Positions 51,001 to 64,000 of a DNA stretch of 64,000 nt are shown in pieces; the stretch's first letter is position 1; every line of letters starts with the position of its first letter. The notes under the pieces were generated by a model, which did no database searches, was not told where the DNA came from, and saw only the letters and a list, made by a program, of their open reading frames with translations. The position numbers and the translations under genes are program-made. The stretch covers positions 105,214,001 through 105,278,000 of the forward strand of contig OZ024744.1 of assembly GCA_964016885.1 (NCBI GenBank), in the 5' to 3' direction. Origin of the DNA: Eledone cirrhosa (lineage: Eukaryota).

Positions 51001-54000
51001 TACGGTTGTATGGCGTCTATGACTAGTCTGTGTCTACGGTTGTATGCCGTCTATGACTAGTCTGTGTCTACAGTTGTATGCCGTCTATGACTAGTCTGTG
51101 TCTACGGTTGTATGCCGTCTATGACTAGTCTGTGTCTACGGTTGTATGCCGTCTATGACTAGTCTGTGTCTACGGTTGTATGCCGTCTATGACTAATCTG
51201 TGTGTACGGTTGTATGCAGTCTATGACTAGTCTGTGTCTACTGTTGTATGCCGTCTATGACAAGTCTGTGTGTACGGTGGTATGCAGTCTATGACTAGTC
51301 TGTGTCTACGGTTGTATGCCGTCTATGACTAGTCTGTGTGTACGGTTGTATGCAGTCTATGACTAGTCTGTGTCTACGGTTGTATGCCGTCTATGACTAG
51401 TCTGTGTCTACAGTTGTGTGCCATCTATGACTAGTCTGTGTGTACGGTTGTATGCAGTATATGACTAGTCTGTGTCTACAGTTGTATGCCGTCTATGACT
51501 AGCCTGAGTCTACGGTTGTATGCAGTCTATGACTAGTCTGTGTGTACGGTTGTATGCCGTCTATGACTAGTCTACGGCTGTATGCCGTCTATGACTAGTC
51601 TGTGTCTACGGTTGTATGCCGTCTATGACTAGTCTGTGTCTACAGTTGTATGCCGTCTATGACTAGTTTGTGTCTACGGTTGTATACCGTCTATGACTAG
51701 TCTGTGTCTACGGTTGTATGCAGTCTATGACTAGTCTGTGTCTACTGTTGTATGCCGTCTATGACTAGTCTGTGTCTACGGTTGTATGCCGTCTATGACT
51801 AGTCTGTGTCTACAGTTGTATGCCGTCTATGACTAGTCTGTGTCTTCGGTTGTATGCCGTCTATGACTAGTCTGTGTCTACGGTTGTATGCCGTCTATGA
51901 CTAGTCTGTGTCTACGTTTGTATGCCGTCTATGACTAGTCTGTGTCTACGGTTGTATGCCGTCTATGACTAGTCTGTGTCTACGGTTGTATGCCGTCTAT
52001 GACTAATCTGTGTCTACGGTTGTATGCCATCTATGACTCGTCTGTGTGTACGGTTGTATGCCGTCTATGACTAGTCTGTGTCTACGGTTGTATGCCGTCT
52101 ATGACTAGTCTGTGTCTACAGTTGTATGCCGTTTATGACTAGTCTGTGTGTACGGTTATATGCCGTCTATGACTAGTCTGTGTCTACAGTTGTATGCCGT
52201 CTATGACTAGTCTGTGTCTACAGTTGTATGCCGTCTATGACTAGTCTGTGTCTACAGTTGTATACCGTCTATGACTTGTCTATGTCTACAGTTGTATGCC
52301 GTCTATGACTAGTCTGTGTCTACGGTTGTATGCCGTCTATGACTAGTCTGTGTCTACGGTTGTATGCCGTCAATGACTAGACTGTGTCTACAGTTGTATG
52401 CCATCTATGACTAGTCTGTGTCTACTGCTGTATGCAGTCTATGACTAGTCTGTGTCTACGGTTGTATGCAGGCTATGACTAGTCATTGTCTACGGTTGTA
52501 TGCAGGTTATGACTAGTCTGTGTCTACGGTTGTATGCCGTCTATGACTAGTCTGTGTCTACAGTTGTATGCCGTCTATGACTAGTCTGTGTCTTCGGTTG
52601 TATGCCGTCTATGACTAGTCTGTGTGTACGGTTGTATTCCGTCTATGACTAGTCTGTGTCTACGGTTTATGCCGTCTATGACTAGTCTGTGTCTACGGTT
52701 GTATGCCATCTATGACTAGTCTGTGTGTACGGTTGTATGCCGTCTATGACTAGTCTGTGTCTACGGTTGTATGCCGTCTATGACTAGTCTGTGTCTACGG
52801 TTGTATGCCGTCTATGACTAGTCTGTGTCTACGGTTGTATGCCGTCTATGACTAGAATGTGTCTACGGCTGTATGCCATCTATGACTAGTGTGTGTGTAA
52901 TGTTGTATGCCGTCTATGACTAGTCTGTGTCTACGCTTGTATGCCGTCTATGACTAGTCTGTGTGTACGGTTGTATGCCGTCTATGACTAGTCTGTGTCT
53001 ACGGTTGTATGCCGTCTATGACTAGTCTGTGTCTACGGTTGTATGCCCTCTTTGACTAGTCTGTGTCTACGGTTGTATGCCGTCTATGACTAGTCTGTGT
53101 CTACTGTTGTATGCAGTCTATGACTAGTCTGTGTCTACGGTTATATCCCGTCTATGACTAGTCTGTGGGTACGGTTGTATGCTGTCTATGACTAGTCTGT
53201 GTCTACGGTTGTATGCCGTCTATGACTAGTCTGTGTCTACGGTTGTATGCCGTCTATGACTAGTCTGTGTCTACGGTTGTATGCCGTCTATGACTAGTCT
53301 GAGTCTACGGTTGTATGCAGTCTATGGCTAGACTGTGTCTACGGTTGTATGCCGTCTATGACTAGTCTGTGTCTACGGTTGTATGCCGTCTATGACTAGT
53401 GTGTGTCTACAGTTGTATGCCGTCTATGACTAGTCTGTGTCTACAGTTGTATGCCGTCTATGACTAGTCTGTGTCATCGGTTGTATGCCGTCTATGACTA
53501 GTCTGTGTGTACGGTTGTATGCCGTCTATGACTAGTCTGTGTCTACGGTTGTATGCCGTCTATGACTAGTCTGTGTGTACGGTTGTATGCAGTCTATGAC
53601 TAGTCTGTGTCTACTGTTGTATGCCGTCTGTGACTAGTCTGTGTGTACGGTTGTATGCAGTCTATGACTAGTCTGTGTCTACAGTTGTATGCCGTCTATG
53701 GCTAGTCTGTGTGTACGGTTGTATGCCGTCTAAGACTAGTCTGTGTCTACAGTTGAATGCCGTCGATGACTAGTCTGTGTCTACAGTTGTATGCCGTCTA
53801 TGACTAGTCTGTGTGTACGGTTGTATGCCGTCTATGACTAGTCTGTGTCTGCAGTTGTATGCCGTCTATGACTAGTTTGTGTCTACGGTTGTATGCAGTC
53901 TATGACTAGTCTGTGTCTACGGTTGTATGCCGTCTATGACTAGTCTGTGTCTACAGTTGTATGCCGTCTATGACTAGTCTGTGTCTTCGGTTGTATGCCG

Positions 54001-54106
54001 TCTATGACTAGTCTGTCTACGGTTGTATGCCGTCTATGACTAGTCTGTGTCTACAGTTGTATGCCGTCTATGACTAGTCTGTGTCTACGGTTGTATGCCG
54101 TCTATG
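48071..54106. repeat. ~6 kb higher-order repeat unit (178 monomers, 6,036 bp)
   Basis: Spacing 48071 to 54107 is 6,036 = 178x34 - 16. The 16 bp are accounted for by five GATCC monomers (-1 each), two GTCTGTCTAC monomers (-2 each), one 28-bp monomer (-6) and one GGTTTATG monomer (-1). Confidence 0.88.
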
Positions 54107-57100
54107 ACTATTCTGTGTCTATGGTTGAATGCCGTCTATGACTAGTCTGTGTCTACGGTTGTATGCCGTCTATGATTAGTCTGATCCACGGTTGTATGCC
54201 GTCTATGACTAGTCTGATCCACGGTTGTATGCCGTCTATGACTAGTCTGTGTCTTCAGTTGTATGCCGTTTATGACTAGTCTGTGTGTACGGTTGTATGC
54301 CGTCTATGACTAGTCTGTGTCTACGGTTGTATGCCGTCTATGACTAGTCTGTGTCTACGGTTGTATGCCGTCTATGACTAGTTTGTGTCTACGGTTGTAT
54401 GCAGTCTATGACTAATCTGTGTGTTCGGTTGTATGCCGTCTATGATTAGTCTGAGTCTACGGTTGTATGCAGTCTATGACTAGTCTGTGTCTACAGTTGT
54501 ATGCCGTTTATGACTAGTCTGTGTGTACGGTTGTATGCCGTCTATGACTAGTCTGTGTCTACAGTTGTATGCCGTCTATGACTAGTCTGTGTCTACAGTT
54601 GTATACCGTCTATGACTTGTCTATGTCTACAGTTGTATGCCGTCTATGACTAGTCTATGTCTACGGTTGTATGCTGTCTATGACTAGTCTGTGTCTACGG
54701 TTGTATGCCGTCTATGACTAGTCTGCGTCTACGGTTGTATGCAGTCTATGACTAGTCTGTGTCTACGGTTGTATGCCGTCTATGACTAGTCTGTGTCTAC
54801 GGTTGTATGCCGTCTATGACTAGTGTGTGTCTACAGTTGTATGCCGTCTATGACTAGTCTGTGTCTACAGTTGTATGCCGTCTATGACTAGTCTGTGTCA
54901 ACGGTTGTATGCCGTCTATGACTAGTCTGTGTGTACGGTTGTATGCCGTCTATGACTAGTCTGTGTGTACGGTTGTATGCAGTCTATGACTAGTCTGTGT
55001 CTACTGTTGTATGCCGTCTATGACTAGTCTGTGTGTACGGTTGTATGCAGTCTATGACTAGTCTGTGTCTACGGTTGTATGCCGTCTATGGCTAGTCTGT
55101 GTCTACGGTTGTATGCCGTCTATGACTAGTCTGTGTCTACAGTTGTATGCCGTCGATGACTAGTCTGTGTGTACGGTTGTATGCCGTCTATGACTAGTCT
55201 GTGTCTGCAGTTGTATGCCGTCTATGACTAGTTTGTGTCTACGGTTGTATGCAGTCTATGACTAGTCTGTGTCTACGGTTTTATGCCGTCTATGACTAGT
55301 CTGTGTCTACAGTTGTAAGCCGTCTATGACTAGTCTGTGTCTTCGGTTGTATGCCGTCTATGACTAGTCTGTCTACGGTTGTATGCCGTCTATGACTAGT
55401 CTGTGTCTACAGTTGTATGCCGTCTATGACTAGTCTGTGTCTACGGTTGTATGCCGTCTATGACTATTCTGTGTCTATGGTTGAATGCCGTCTATGACTA
55501 GTCTGTGCCTACGGTTGTATGCCGTCTATGATTAGTCTGATCCACGGTTGTATGCCGTCTATGACTAGTCTGATCCACGGTTGTATGCCGTCTATGACTA
55601 GTCTGTGTCTTCAGTTGTATGCCGTTTATGACTAGTCTGTGTGTACGGTTGTATGCCGTCTATGACTAGTCTGTGTCTACGGTTGTATGCCGTCTATGAC
55701 TAGTCTGTGTCTACGGTTGTATGCCGTCTATGACTAGTCTGTGTCTACGGTTGTATGCAGTCTATGACTAGTCTGTGTGTTCGGTTGTATGCCGTCTATG
55801 ACTAGTCTGAGTCTACGGTTGTATGCAGTCTATGACTAGTCTGTGTCTACAGTTGTATGCCGTTTATGACTAGTCTGTGTGTACGGTTGTATGCCGTCTA
55901 TGACTAGTCTGTGTCTACAGTTGTATGCCGTCTATGACTAGTCTGTGTCTACAGTTGTATACCGTCTATGACTTGTCTATGTCTACAGTTGTATGCCGTC
56001 TATGACTAGTCTGTGTCTACGGTTGTATGCCGTCTATGACTAGTCTGTGTCTACGGTTTTATGCCGTCTATGACTAGTCTGTGTCTACGGTTGTATGCTG
56101 TCTATGACTAGTCTGTGTCTACTGCTGTATGCAGTCTATGACTAAACTGTGTCTACGGTTGTATGCAGGCTATGACTAGTCTGTGTCTACCGTTGTATGC
56201 CGTCTATGACTAGTCTGTTTGTACGGTTGTATGCCGTCTATGACTAGTCTGTGTGTACGGTTGTATGCCGTCTATGACTAGTCTGTGTCTACGGTTGTAT
56301 GCCGTCTATGACTAGTCTGATCCACGGTTGTATGCCGTCTATGACTAGTCTGTGTCTACGGTTGTATGCAGTCTATGACTAGTCAGTGTCTACGGTTGTA
56401 TGGCGTCTATGACTAGTGTGTGTCTACGGTTGTATGCCATCTATGACTAGTCTGTGTCTACAGTTGTATGCCATCTATGACTAGTCTGTGTCAACAGTTG
56501 TATACTGTCTATGACTAGTCTGTGTCTACGGTTGTATGCCGTCTATGACTAGTCTGTCTGTACGGTTGTATGCCATATATGACTAGTCTGTGTGTAATGT
56601 TGTATGCCGTCTATGACTAGTCTGTGTCTACGCTTGTATGCCGTCTATGACTAGTCTGTGTGTACGGTTGTATGCCGTCTATGACTAGTCTGTGTCTACG
56701 GTTGTATGCCGTCTATGACTAGTCTGTGTCTACGGTTGTATGCCCTCTTTGACTAGTCTGTGTCTACGGTTGTATACCGTCTATGACTAGTCTGTGTCTA
56801 CTGTTGTATGCAGTCTATGACTAGTCTGTGTCTACGGTTGTATGTCGTCTATGACTAGTCTGTGTCTACGGTTGTATGCTGTCTATGACTAGTCTGTGTC
56901 TAGGGTTGTATGCCGTCTATGACTAGTCTGTGTCTACGGTTGTATGCCGTCTATGACTAGTCTGAGTCTACGGTTGTATGGCGTCTATGACTAGTCTGTG
57001 TCTACGGTTGTATGCCGTCTATGACTAGTCTGTGTCTACAGTTGTATGCCGTCTATGACTAGTCTGTGTCTACGGTTGTATGCCGTCTATGACTAGTCTG

Positions 57101-60100
57101 TGTCTACGGTTGTATGCCGTCTATGACTAGTCTGTGTCTACGGTTGTATGCCGTCTATGACTAATCTGTGTGTACGGTTGTATGCAGTCTATGACTAGTC
57201 TGTGTCTACTGTTGTATGCCGTCTATGACAAGTCTGTGTGTACGGTGGTATGCAGTCTATGACTAGTCTGTGTCTACGGTTGTATGCCGTCTATGACTAG
57301 TCTGTGTGTACGGTTGTATGCAGTCTATGTCTAGTCTGTGTCTACGGTTGTATGCCGTCTATGACTAGTCTGTGTCTACAGTTGTGTGCCATCTATGACT
57401 AGTCTGTGTGTACGGTTGTATGCAGTATATGACTAGTCTGTGTCTACAGTTGTATGCCGTCTATGACTAGCCTGAGTCTACGGTTGTATGCAGTCTATGA
57501 CTAGTCTGTGTGTACGGTTGTATGCCGTCTATGACTAGTCTACGGCTGTATGCCGTCTATGACTAGTCTGTGTCTACGGTTGTATGCCGTCTATGACTAG
57601 TCTGTGTCTACAGTTGTATGCCGTCTATGACTAGTTTGTGTCTACGGTTGTATACCGTCTATGACTAGTCTGTGTCTACGGTTGTATGCAGTCTATGACT
57701 ATTCTGTGTCTACTGTTGTATGCCGTCTATGACTAGTCTGTGTCTACGGTTGTATGCCGTCTATGACTAGTCTGTGTCTACAGTTGTATGCCGTCTATGA
57801 CTAGTCTGTGTCTTCGGTTGTATGCCGTCTATGACTAGTCTGTGTCTACGGTTGTATGCCGTCTATGACTAGTCTGTGTCTACGTTTGTATGCCGTCTAT
57901 GACTAGTCTGTGTCTACGGTTGTATGCCGTCTATGACTAGTCTGTGTCTACGGTTGTATGCCGTCTATGACTAATCTGTGTCTACGGTTGTATGCCATCT
58001 ATGACTAGTCTGTGTGTACGGTTGTATGCCGTCTATGACTAGTCTGTGTCTACGGTTGTATGCCGTCTATGACTAGTCTGTGTCTACAGTTGTATGCCGT
58101 TTATGACTAGTCTGTGTGTACGGTTATATGCCGTCTATGACTAGTCTGTGTCTACAGTTGTATGCCGTCTATGACTAGTCTGTGTCTACAGTTGTATGCC
58201 GTCTATGACTAGTCTGTGTCTACAGTTGTATACCGTCTATGACTTGTCTATGTCTACAGTTGTATGCCGTCTATGACTAGTCTGTGTCTACGGTTGTATG
58301 CCGTCTATGACTAGTCTGTGTCTACGGTTGTATGCCGTCAATGACTAGACTGTGTCTACAGTTGTATGCCATCTATGACTAGTCTGTGTCTACTGCTGTA
58401 TGCAGTCTATGACTAGTCTGTATCTACGGTTGTATGCAGGCTATGACTAGTCATTGTCTACGGTTGTATGCAGGTTATGACTAGTCTGTGTCTACGGTTG
58501 TATGCCGTCTATGACTAGTCTGTGTCTACAGTTGTATGCCGTCTATGACTAGTCTGTGTCTTCGGTTGTATGCCGTCTATGACTAGTCTGTGTGTACGGT
58601 TGTATTCCGTCTATGACTAGTCTGTGTCTACGGTTTATGCCGTCTATGACTAGTCTGTGTCTACGGTTGTATGCCATCTATGACTAGTCTGTTTGTACGG
58701 TTGTATGCCGTCTATGACTAGTCTGTGTCTACGGTTGTATGCCGTCTATGACTAGTCTGTGTCTACGGTTGTATGCCGTCTATGACTAGTCTGTGTCTAC
58801 GGTTGTATGCCGTCTATGACTAGAATGTGTCTACGGCTGTATGCCATCTATGACTAGTGTGTGTGTAATGTTGTATGCCGTCTATGACTAGTCTGTGTCT
58901 ACTGTTGTATGCAGTCTATGACTAGTCTGTGTCTACGGTTATATCCCGTCTATGACTAGTCTGTGTCTACGGTTGTATGCTGTCTATGACTAGTCTGTGT
59001 CTACGGTTGTATGCCGTCTATGACTAGTCTGTGTCTACGGTTGTATGCCGTCTATGACTAGTCTGTGTCTACGGTTGTATGCCGTCTATGACTAGTCTGA
59101 GTCTACGGTTGTATGCAGTCTATGGCTAGTCTGTGTCTACGGTTGTATGCCGTCTATGACTAGTCTGTGTCTACGGTTGTATGCCGTCTATGACTAGTGT
59201 GTGTCTACAGTTGTATGCCGTCTATGACTAGTCTGTGTCTACAGTTGTATGCCGTCTATGACTAGTCTGTGTCAACGGTTGTATGCCGTCTATGACTAGT
59301 CTGTGTGTACGGTTGTATGCCGTCTATGACTAGTCTGTGTCTACGGTTGTATGCCGTCTATGACTAGTCTGTGTGTACGGTTGTATGCAGTCTATGACTA
59401 GTCTGTGTCTACTGTTGTATGCCGTCTGTGACTAGTCTGTGTGTACGGTTGTATGCAGTCTATGACTAGTCTGTGTCTACGGTTGTATGCCGTCTATGGC
59501 TAGTCTGTGTGTACGGTTGTATGCCGTCTAAGACTAGTCTGTGTCTACAGTTGAATGCCGTCGATGACTATTCTGTGTCTACAGTTGTATGCCGTCTATG
59601 ACTTGTCTGTGTGTACGGTTGTATGCCGTCTATGACTAGTCTGTGTCTGCAGTTGTATGCCGTCTATGACTAGTTTGTGTCTACGGTTGTATGCAGTCTA
59701 TGACTAGTCTGTGTCTACGGTTGTATGCCGTCTATGACTAGTCTGTGTCTACAGTTGTATGCCGTCTATGACTAGTCTTTGTCTTCGGTTGTATGCCGTC
59801 TATGACTAGTCTGTCTACGGTTGTATGCCGTCTATGACTAGTCTGTGTCTACAGTTGTATGTCGTCTATGACTAGTCTGTGTCTACGGTTGTATGCCGTC
59901 TATGACTATTCTGTGTCTATGGTTGAATGCCGTCTATGACTAGTCTGTGTCTACGGTTGTATGCCGTCTATGATTAGTCTGATCCACGGTTGTATGCCGT
60001 CTATGACTAGTCTGATCCACGGTTGTATGCCGTCTATGACTAGTCTGTGTCTTCAGTTGTATGCCGTTTATGACTAGTCTGTGTGTACGGTTGTATGCCG

Positions 60101-62506
60101 TCTATGACTAGTCTGTGTCTACGGTTGTATGCCGTCTATGACTAGTCTGTGTCTACGGTTGTATGCCGTCTATGACTAGTTTGTGTCTACGGTTGTATGC
60201 AGTCTATGACTAGTCTGTGTGTTCGGTTGTATGCCGTCTATGACTAGTCTGAGTCTACGGTTGTATGCAGTCTATGACTAGTCTGTGTCTACAGTTGTAT
60301 GCCGTTTATGACTAGTCTGTGTGTACGGTTGTATGCCGTCTATGACTAGTCTGTGTCTACAGTTGTATGCCGTCTATGACTAGTCTGTGTCTACAGTTGT
60401 ATACCGTCTATGACTTGTCTATGTCTACAGTTGTATGCCGTCTATGACTAGTCTATGTCTACGGTTGTATGCTGTCTATGACTAGTCTGTGTCTACGGTT
60501 GTATGCCGTCTATGACTAGTCTGTGTCTACGATTGTATGCCGTCTATGACTAGTCTGTGTCTACGGTTGTATGCCGTCTATGACTAGTCTGAGTCTACGG
60601 TTGTATGCAGTCTATGACTAGTCTGTGTCTACGGTTGTATGCCGTCTATGACTAGTCTGTGTCTACGGTTGTATGCCGTCTATGACTAGTGTGTGTCTAC
60701 AGTTGTATGCCGTCTATGACTAGTCTGTGTCTACAGTTGTATGCCGTCTATGACTAGTCTGTGTCAACGGTTGTATGCCGTATATGACTAGTCTGTGTGT
60801 ACGGTTGTATGCCGTCTATGACTAGTCTGTGTGTACGGTTGTATGCAGTCTATGACTAGTCTGTGTCTACTGTTGTATGCCGTCTATGACTAGTCTGTGT
60901 GTACGGTTGTATGCAGTCTATGACTAGTCTGTGTCTACAGTTGTATGCCGTCTATGGCTAGTCTGTGTGTACGGTTGTATGCCGTCTATGACTAGTCTGT
61001 GTCTACAGTTGTATGCCGTCGATGACTAGTCTTTGTGTACGGTTGTATGCCGTCTATGACTAGTCTGTGTCTGCAGTTGTATGCCGTCTATGACTAGTTT
61101 GTGTCTACGGTTGTATGCAGTCTATGACTAGTCTGTGTCTACGGTTTTATGCCATCTATGACTAGTCTGTGTCTACAGTTGTAAGCCGTCTATGACTAGT
61201 CTGTGTCTTCGGTTGTATGCCGTCTATGACTAGTCTGTCTACGGTTGTATGCCGTCTATGACTAGTCTGTGTCTACAGTTGTATGCCGTCTATGACTAGT
61301 CTGTGTCTATGGTTGAATGCCGTCTATGACTAGTCTGTGTCTACGGTTGTATGCCGTCTATGATTAGTCTGATCCACGGTTGTATGCCGTCTATGACTAG
61401 TCTGATCCACGGTTGTATGCCGTCTATGACTAGTCTGTGTCTTCAGTTGTATGCCGTTTATGACTAGTCTGTGTGTACGGTTGTATGCCGTCTATGACTA
61501 GTCTGTGTCTACGGTTGTATGCCGTCTATGACTAGTCTGTGTCTACGGTTGTATGCCGTCTATGACTAGTCTGTGTCTACGGTTGTATGCAGTCTATGAC
61601 TAGTCTGTGTGTTCGGTTGTATGCCGTCTATGACTAGTCTGAGTCTACGGTTGTATGCAGTCTATGACTAGTCTGTGTCTACAGTTGTATGCCGTTTATG
61701 ACTAGTCTGTGTGTACGGTTGTATGCCGTCTATGACTAGTCTGTGTCTACAGTTGTATGCCGTCTATGACTAGTCTGTGTCTACAGTTGTATACCGTCTA
61801 TGACTTGTCTATGTCTACAGTTGTATGCCGTCTATGACTAGTCTGTGTCTACGGTTGTATGCCGTCTATGACTAGTCTGTGTCTACGGTTTTATGCCGTC
61901 TATGACTAGTCTGTGTCTACGGTTGTATGCTGTCTATGACTAGTCTGTGTCTACTGCTGTATGCAGTCTATGACTAAACTGTGTCTACGGTTGTATGCAG
62001 GCTATGACTAGTCTGTGTCTACCGTTGTATGCAGTCTATGACTAGTCTGTGTGTTCGGTTGTATGCCGTCTATGACTAGTCTGAGTCTACGGTTGTATGC
62101 AGTCTATGACTAGTCTGTGTCTACAGTTGTATGCCGTTTATGACTAGTCTGTGTGTACGGTTGTATGCCGTCTATGACTAGTCTGTGTGTACGGTTGTAT
62201 GCCGTCTATGACTAGTCTGTGTCTACGGTTGTATGCCGTCTATGACTAGTCTGATCCACGGTTGTATGCCGTCTATGACTAGTCTGTGTCTACGGTTGTA
62301 TGCAGTCTATGACTAGTCAGTGTCTACGGTTGTATGGCGTCTATGACTAGTGTGTGTCTACGGTTGTATGCCATCTATGACTAGTCTGTGTCTACAGTTG
62401 TATGCCATCTATGACTAGTCTGTGTCAACAGTTGTATACTGTCTATGACTAGTCTGTGTCTACGGTTGTATGCCGTCTATGACTAGTCTGTCTGTACGGT
62501 TGTATG

Positions 62507-64000
62507 CCGTCTATGACTAGTCTGTGTGTACGGTTGTATGCTGTCTATGACTAGTCTGTGTGTACGGTTGTATGCCGTCTATGACTAGTCTGTGTGTACG
62601 GTCGTATGCCGTCTATGACTAGTCTGAGTCTACGGTTGTATGCCGTCTATGACTAGTCTGTGTGTACGGTTCTATGCCGTCTATGACTAGTCTGTGTCTA
62701 GGGTTGTATGCCGTCTATGACTAGTCTGTGTGTACGGTTGTATGCCGTCTATGACTAGTCTGTGTATACGGTTGTATGCCGTCTATGACTAGTCTGTGTC
62801 TACGGTTGTATGCCGTCTATGACTAGTCTGTGTCTACAGTTGTATGCCGTCTCTGACTAGTCTGTGTCTACGGTTGTATGCCGTCTATGACTAGTCTGTG
62901 TCTACAGTTGTATGCCGTCTCTGACTAGTCTGTGTCTACGGTTGTATGCCGTCTATGACTAGTCTGTGTCTACGGTTGTATGCCGTCTATGACTAGTCTG
63001 TGTCTACGGTTGTATGCCGTCTATGACTAGTCTGTGTCTACAGTTGTATGCCGTCTATGACTAGTCTGTGTCTACGGTTGTATGCCGTCTATGACTAGTC
63101 TATGTCTACAGATTTATGCCGTCTCTGACTAGTCTGTGTCTACGGTTGTATGCCGTCTATGCCTGGTCTGTGTCTACGGTTGTATGCCGTCTATGACTAG
63201 TCTGTGTCTACAATTGTATGCCGTCTATGACTAGTCTGTGTCTACGGTTGTATGCTGTCTATGACTAGTCTGTGTCTACTGCTGTATGCAGTCTATGACT
63301 AGTCTGTGTCTACGGTTGTATGCAGGCTATGACTAGTCTGTGTCTACGGTTGTATGCCGTCTATGACTAGTCTGTGTGTACGGTTGTATGCCGTCTATGA
63401 CTAGTCTTTGTGTACGGTTGTATGCCGTCTATGACTAGTCTGTGTCTACGGTTGTATGCCGTCTATGACTAGTCTGTGTGTACGATTGTATGCCGTCTAT
63501 GACTAGTCTGTGTTTACGGTTGTATGCCGTCTATGACTAGTCTGTGTGTACGGTTGTAATCCGTCTATGACTAGTCTGTGTGTACGGTTGTATGCCGTCT
63601 ATGACTAGTCTGAGTCTACGGTTGTATGCCGTCTATGACTAGTCTGTGTGTACGGTTCTATGCCGTCTATGACTAGTCTGTGTCTAGGGTTGTATGCCGT
63701 CTATGACTAGTCTGTGTGTACGGTTGTATGCCGTCTATGACTAGTCTGTGTATACGGCTGTATGCCGTCTATGACTAGTCTGTGTCTACGGTTGTATGCC
63801 GTCTATGACTAGTCTGTGTCTACAGTTGTATGCCGTCTATGACTAGTCTGTGTCTACGGTTGTATGCCGTCTATGACTAGTCTGTGTCTACACTTGTATG
63901 CCGTCTCTGACTAGTCTGTGTCTACGGTTGTATGCCGTCTATGACTAGTCCGTGTCTACGGTTGTATTCCGTCTATGACTAGTCTGTGTCTACGGTTTAT
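62507..64000. repeat. Variant-monomer block type C, copy 4 (slightly longer, runs to window end)
   Basis: Carries GGTCGTA, GGTTCTATG, ACAGATTTATG, GCCTGGTC, ACAATTG and ACACTTG in the same order, with three extra monomers near 63420-63560. Confidence 0.85.

Larger units (their letters stand above)
1..64000. repeat. Tandem satellite array, 34-bp monomer CGTCTATGACTAGTCTGTGTCTACGGTTGTATGC, ~1,880 head-to-tail copies, open at both window ends
   Basis: Positions 1-34 restart at 35 and the unit continues to 64000. Monomers mostly differ from consensus by 0-3 substitutions. A few are 33, 32 or 28 bp. No inversion or foreign insert was seen. Confidence 0.99.

Noticed and set aside
1-64000. CRISPR array (repeat-sized unit containing a palindrome)
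   Set aside because: Units abut directly with no unique spacers, and no leader or cas genes are present.
1-64000. Repeat-protein CDS on the + strand
   Set aside because: 34 is not a multiple of 3, so every frame cycles through RL*LVCVYGCMPSMTSLCLRLYAVYD*SVSTVVC, with two stops per 102 bp. Only trivial ORFs of about 16 codons from ATG result.
1-64000. Giant minus-strand ORF if TAG is reassigned (the consensus minus strand has only TAG stops: AYNRRHRLVIDGIQP*TQTSHRRHTTVDTD*S*T)
   Set aside because: Recurrent variants (CGTTTATG, GATTAG, CTTCAG, GTCAAC) add TAA or TGA on that strand, frameshifting -1 and -2 deletions are tolerated, and nothing indicates an alternative genetic code.
1-64000. Sequencing or rolling-circle concatemer artefact, or a synthetic construct (SpeI site in each unit)
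   Set aside because: Variants recur in conserved order at several nested periods with lineage-like sharing, which random read error or a single circular template would not give. Misassembly of individual duplications is still possible and is flagged above.
1-64000. Embedded unique sequence, transposon insertion or inversion
   Set aside because: Every line read conforms to the monomer in the same orientation. A very short insert could have been missed by eye.
1-64000. G-quadruplex or A-tract curvature signal
   Set aside because: There is only one GG per monomer and no A or T runs of four or more in the consensus.

Overview
The whole 64 kb window is one uninterrupted, single-orientation tandem array of a 34-bp monomer (consensus CGTCTATGACTAGTCTGTGTCTACGGTTGTATGC, 47% GC, 13T/9G/7C/5A on the + strand), about 1,880 copies, running off both ends. 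I saw no genes, RNA genes, mobile elements, CRISPR spacers or unique sequence. The interest is in its internal organisation. Diagnostic variant monomers recur in fixed order and show a nested hierarchy: a degenerate ~17-bp half unit, the 34-bp monomer, a 42-monomer (1,424 bp) block, a ~161-179-monomer (5.5-6.1 kb) higher-order repeat, and recent tandem duplications of 7,637 bp and ~12.7-14.7 kb. Each monomer carries two dyad symmetries (GACTAGTC and ACGGT-TGTAT-GCCGT), and several variants lengthen or perfect these stems. The pattern fits a eukaryotic satellite DNA (centromeric, pericentromeric or subtelomeric). I cannot assign it to a named family or organism, and I found no evidence of a protein-coding system. 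Coordinates were read by eye from marker variants, and block boundaries are approximate to about one monomer.
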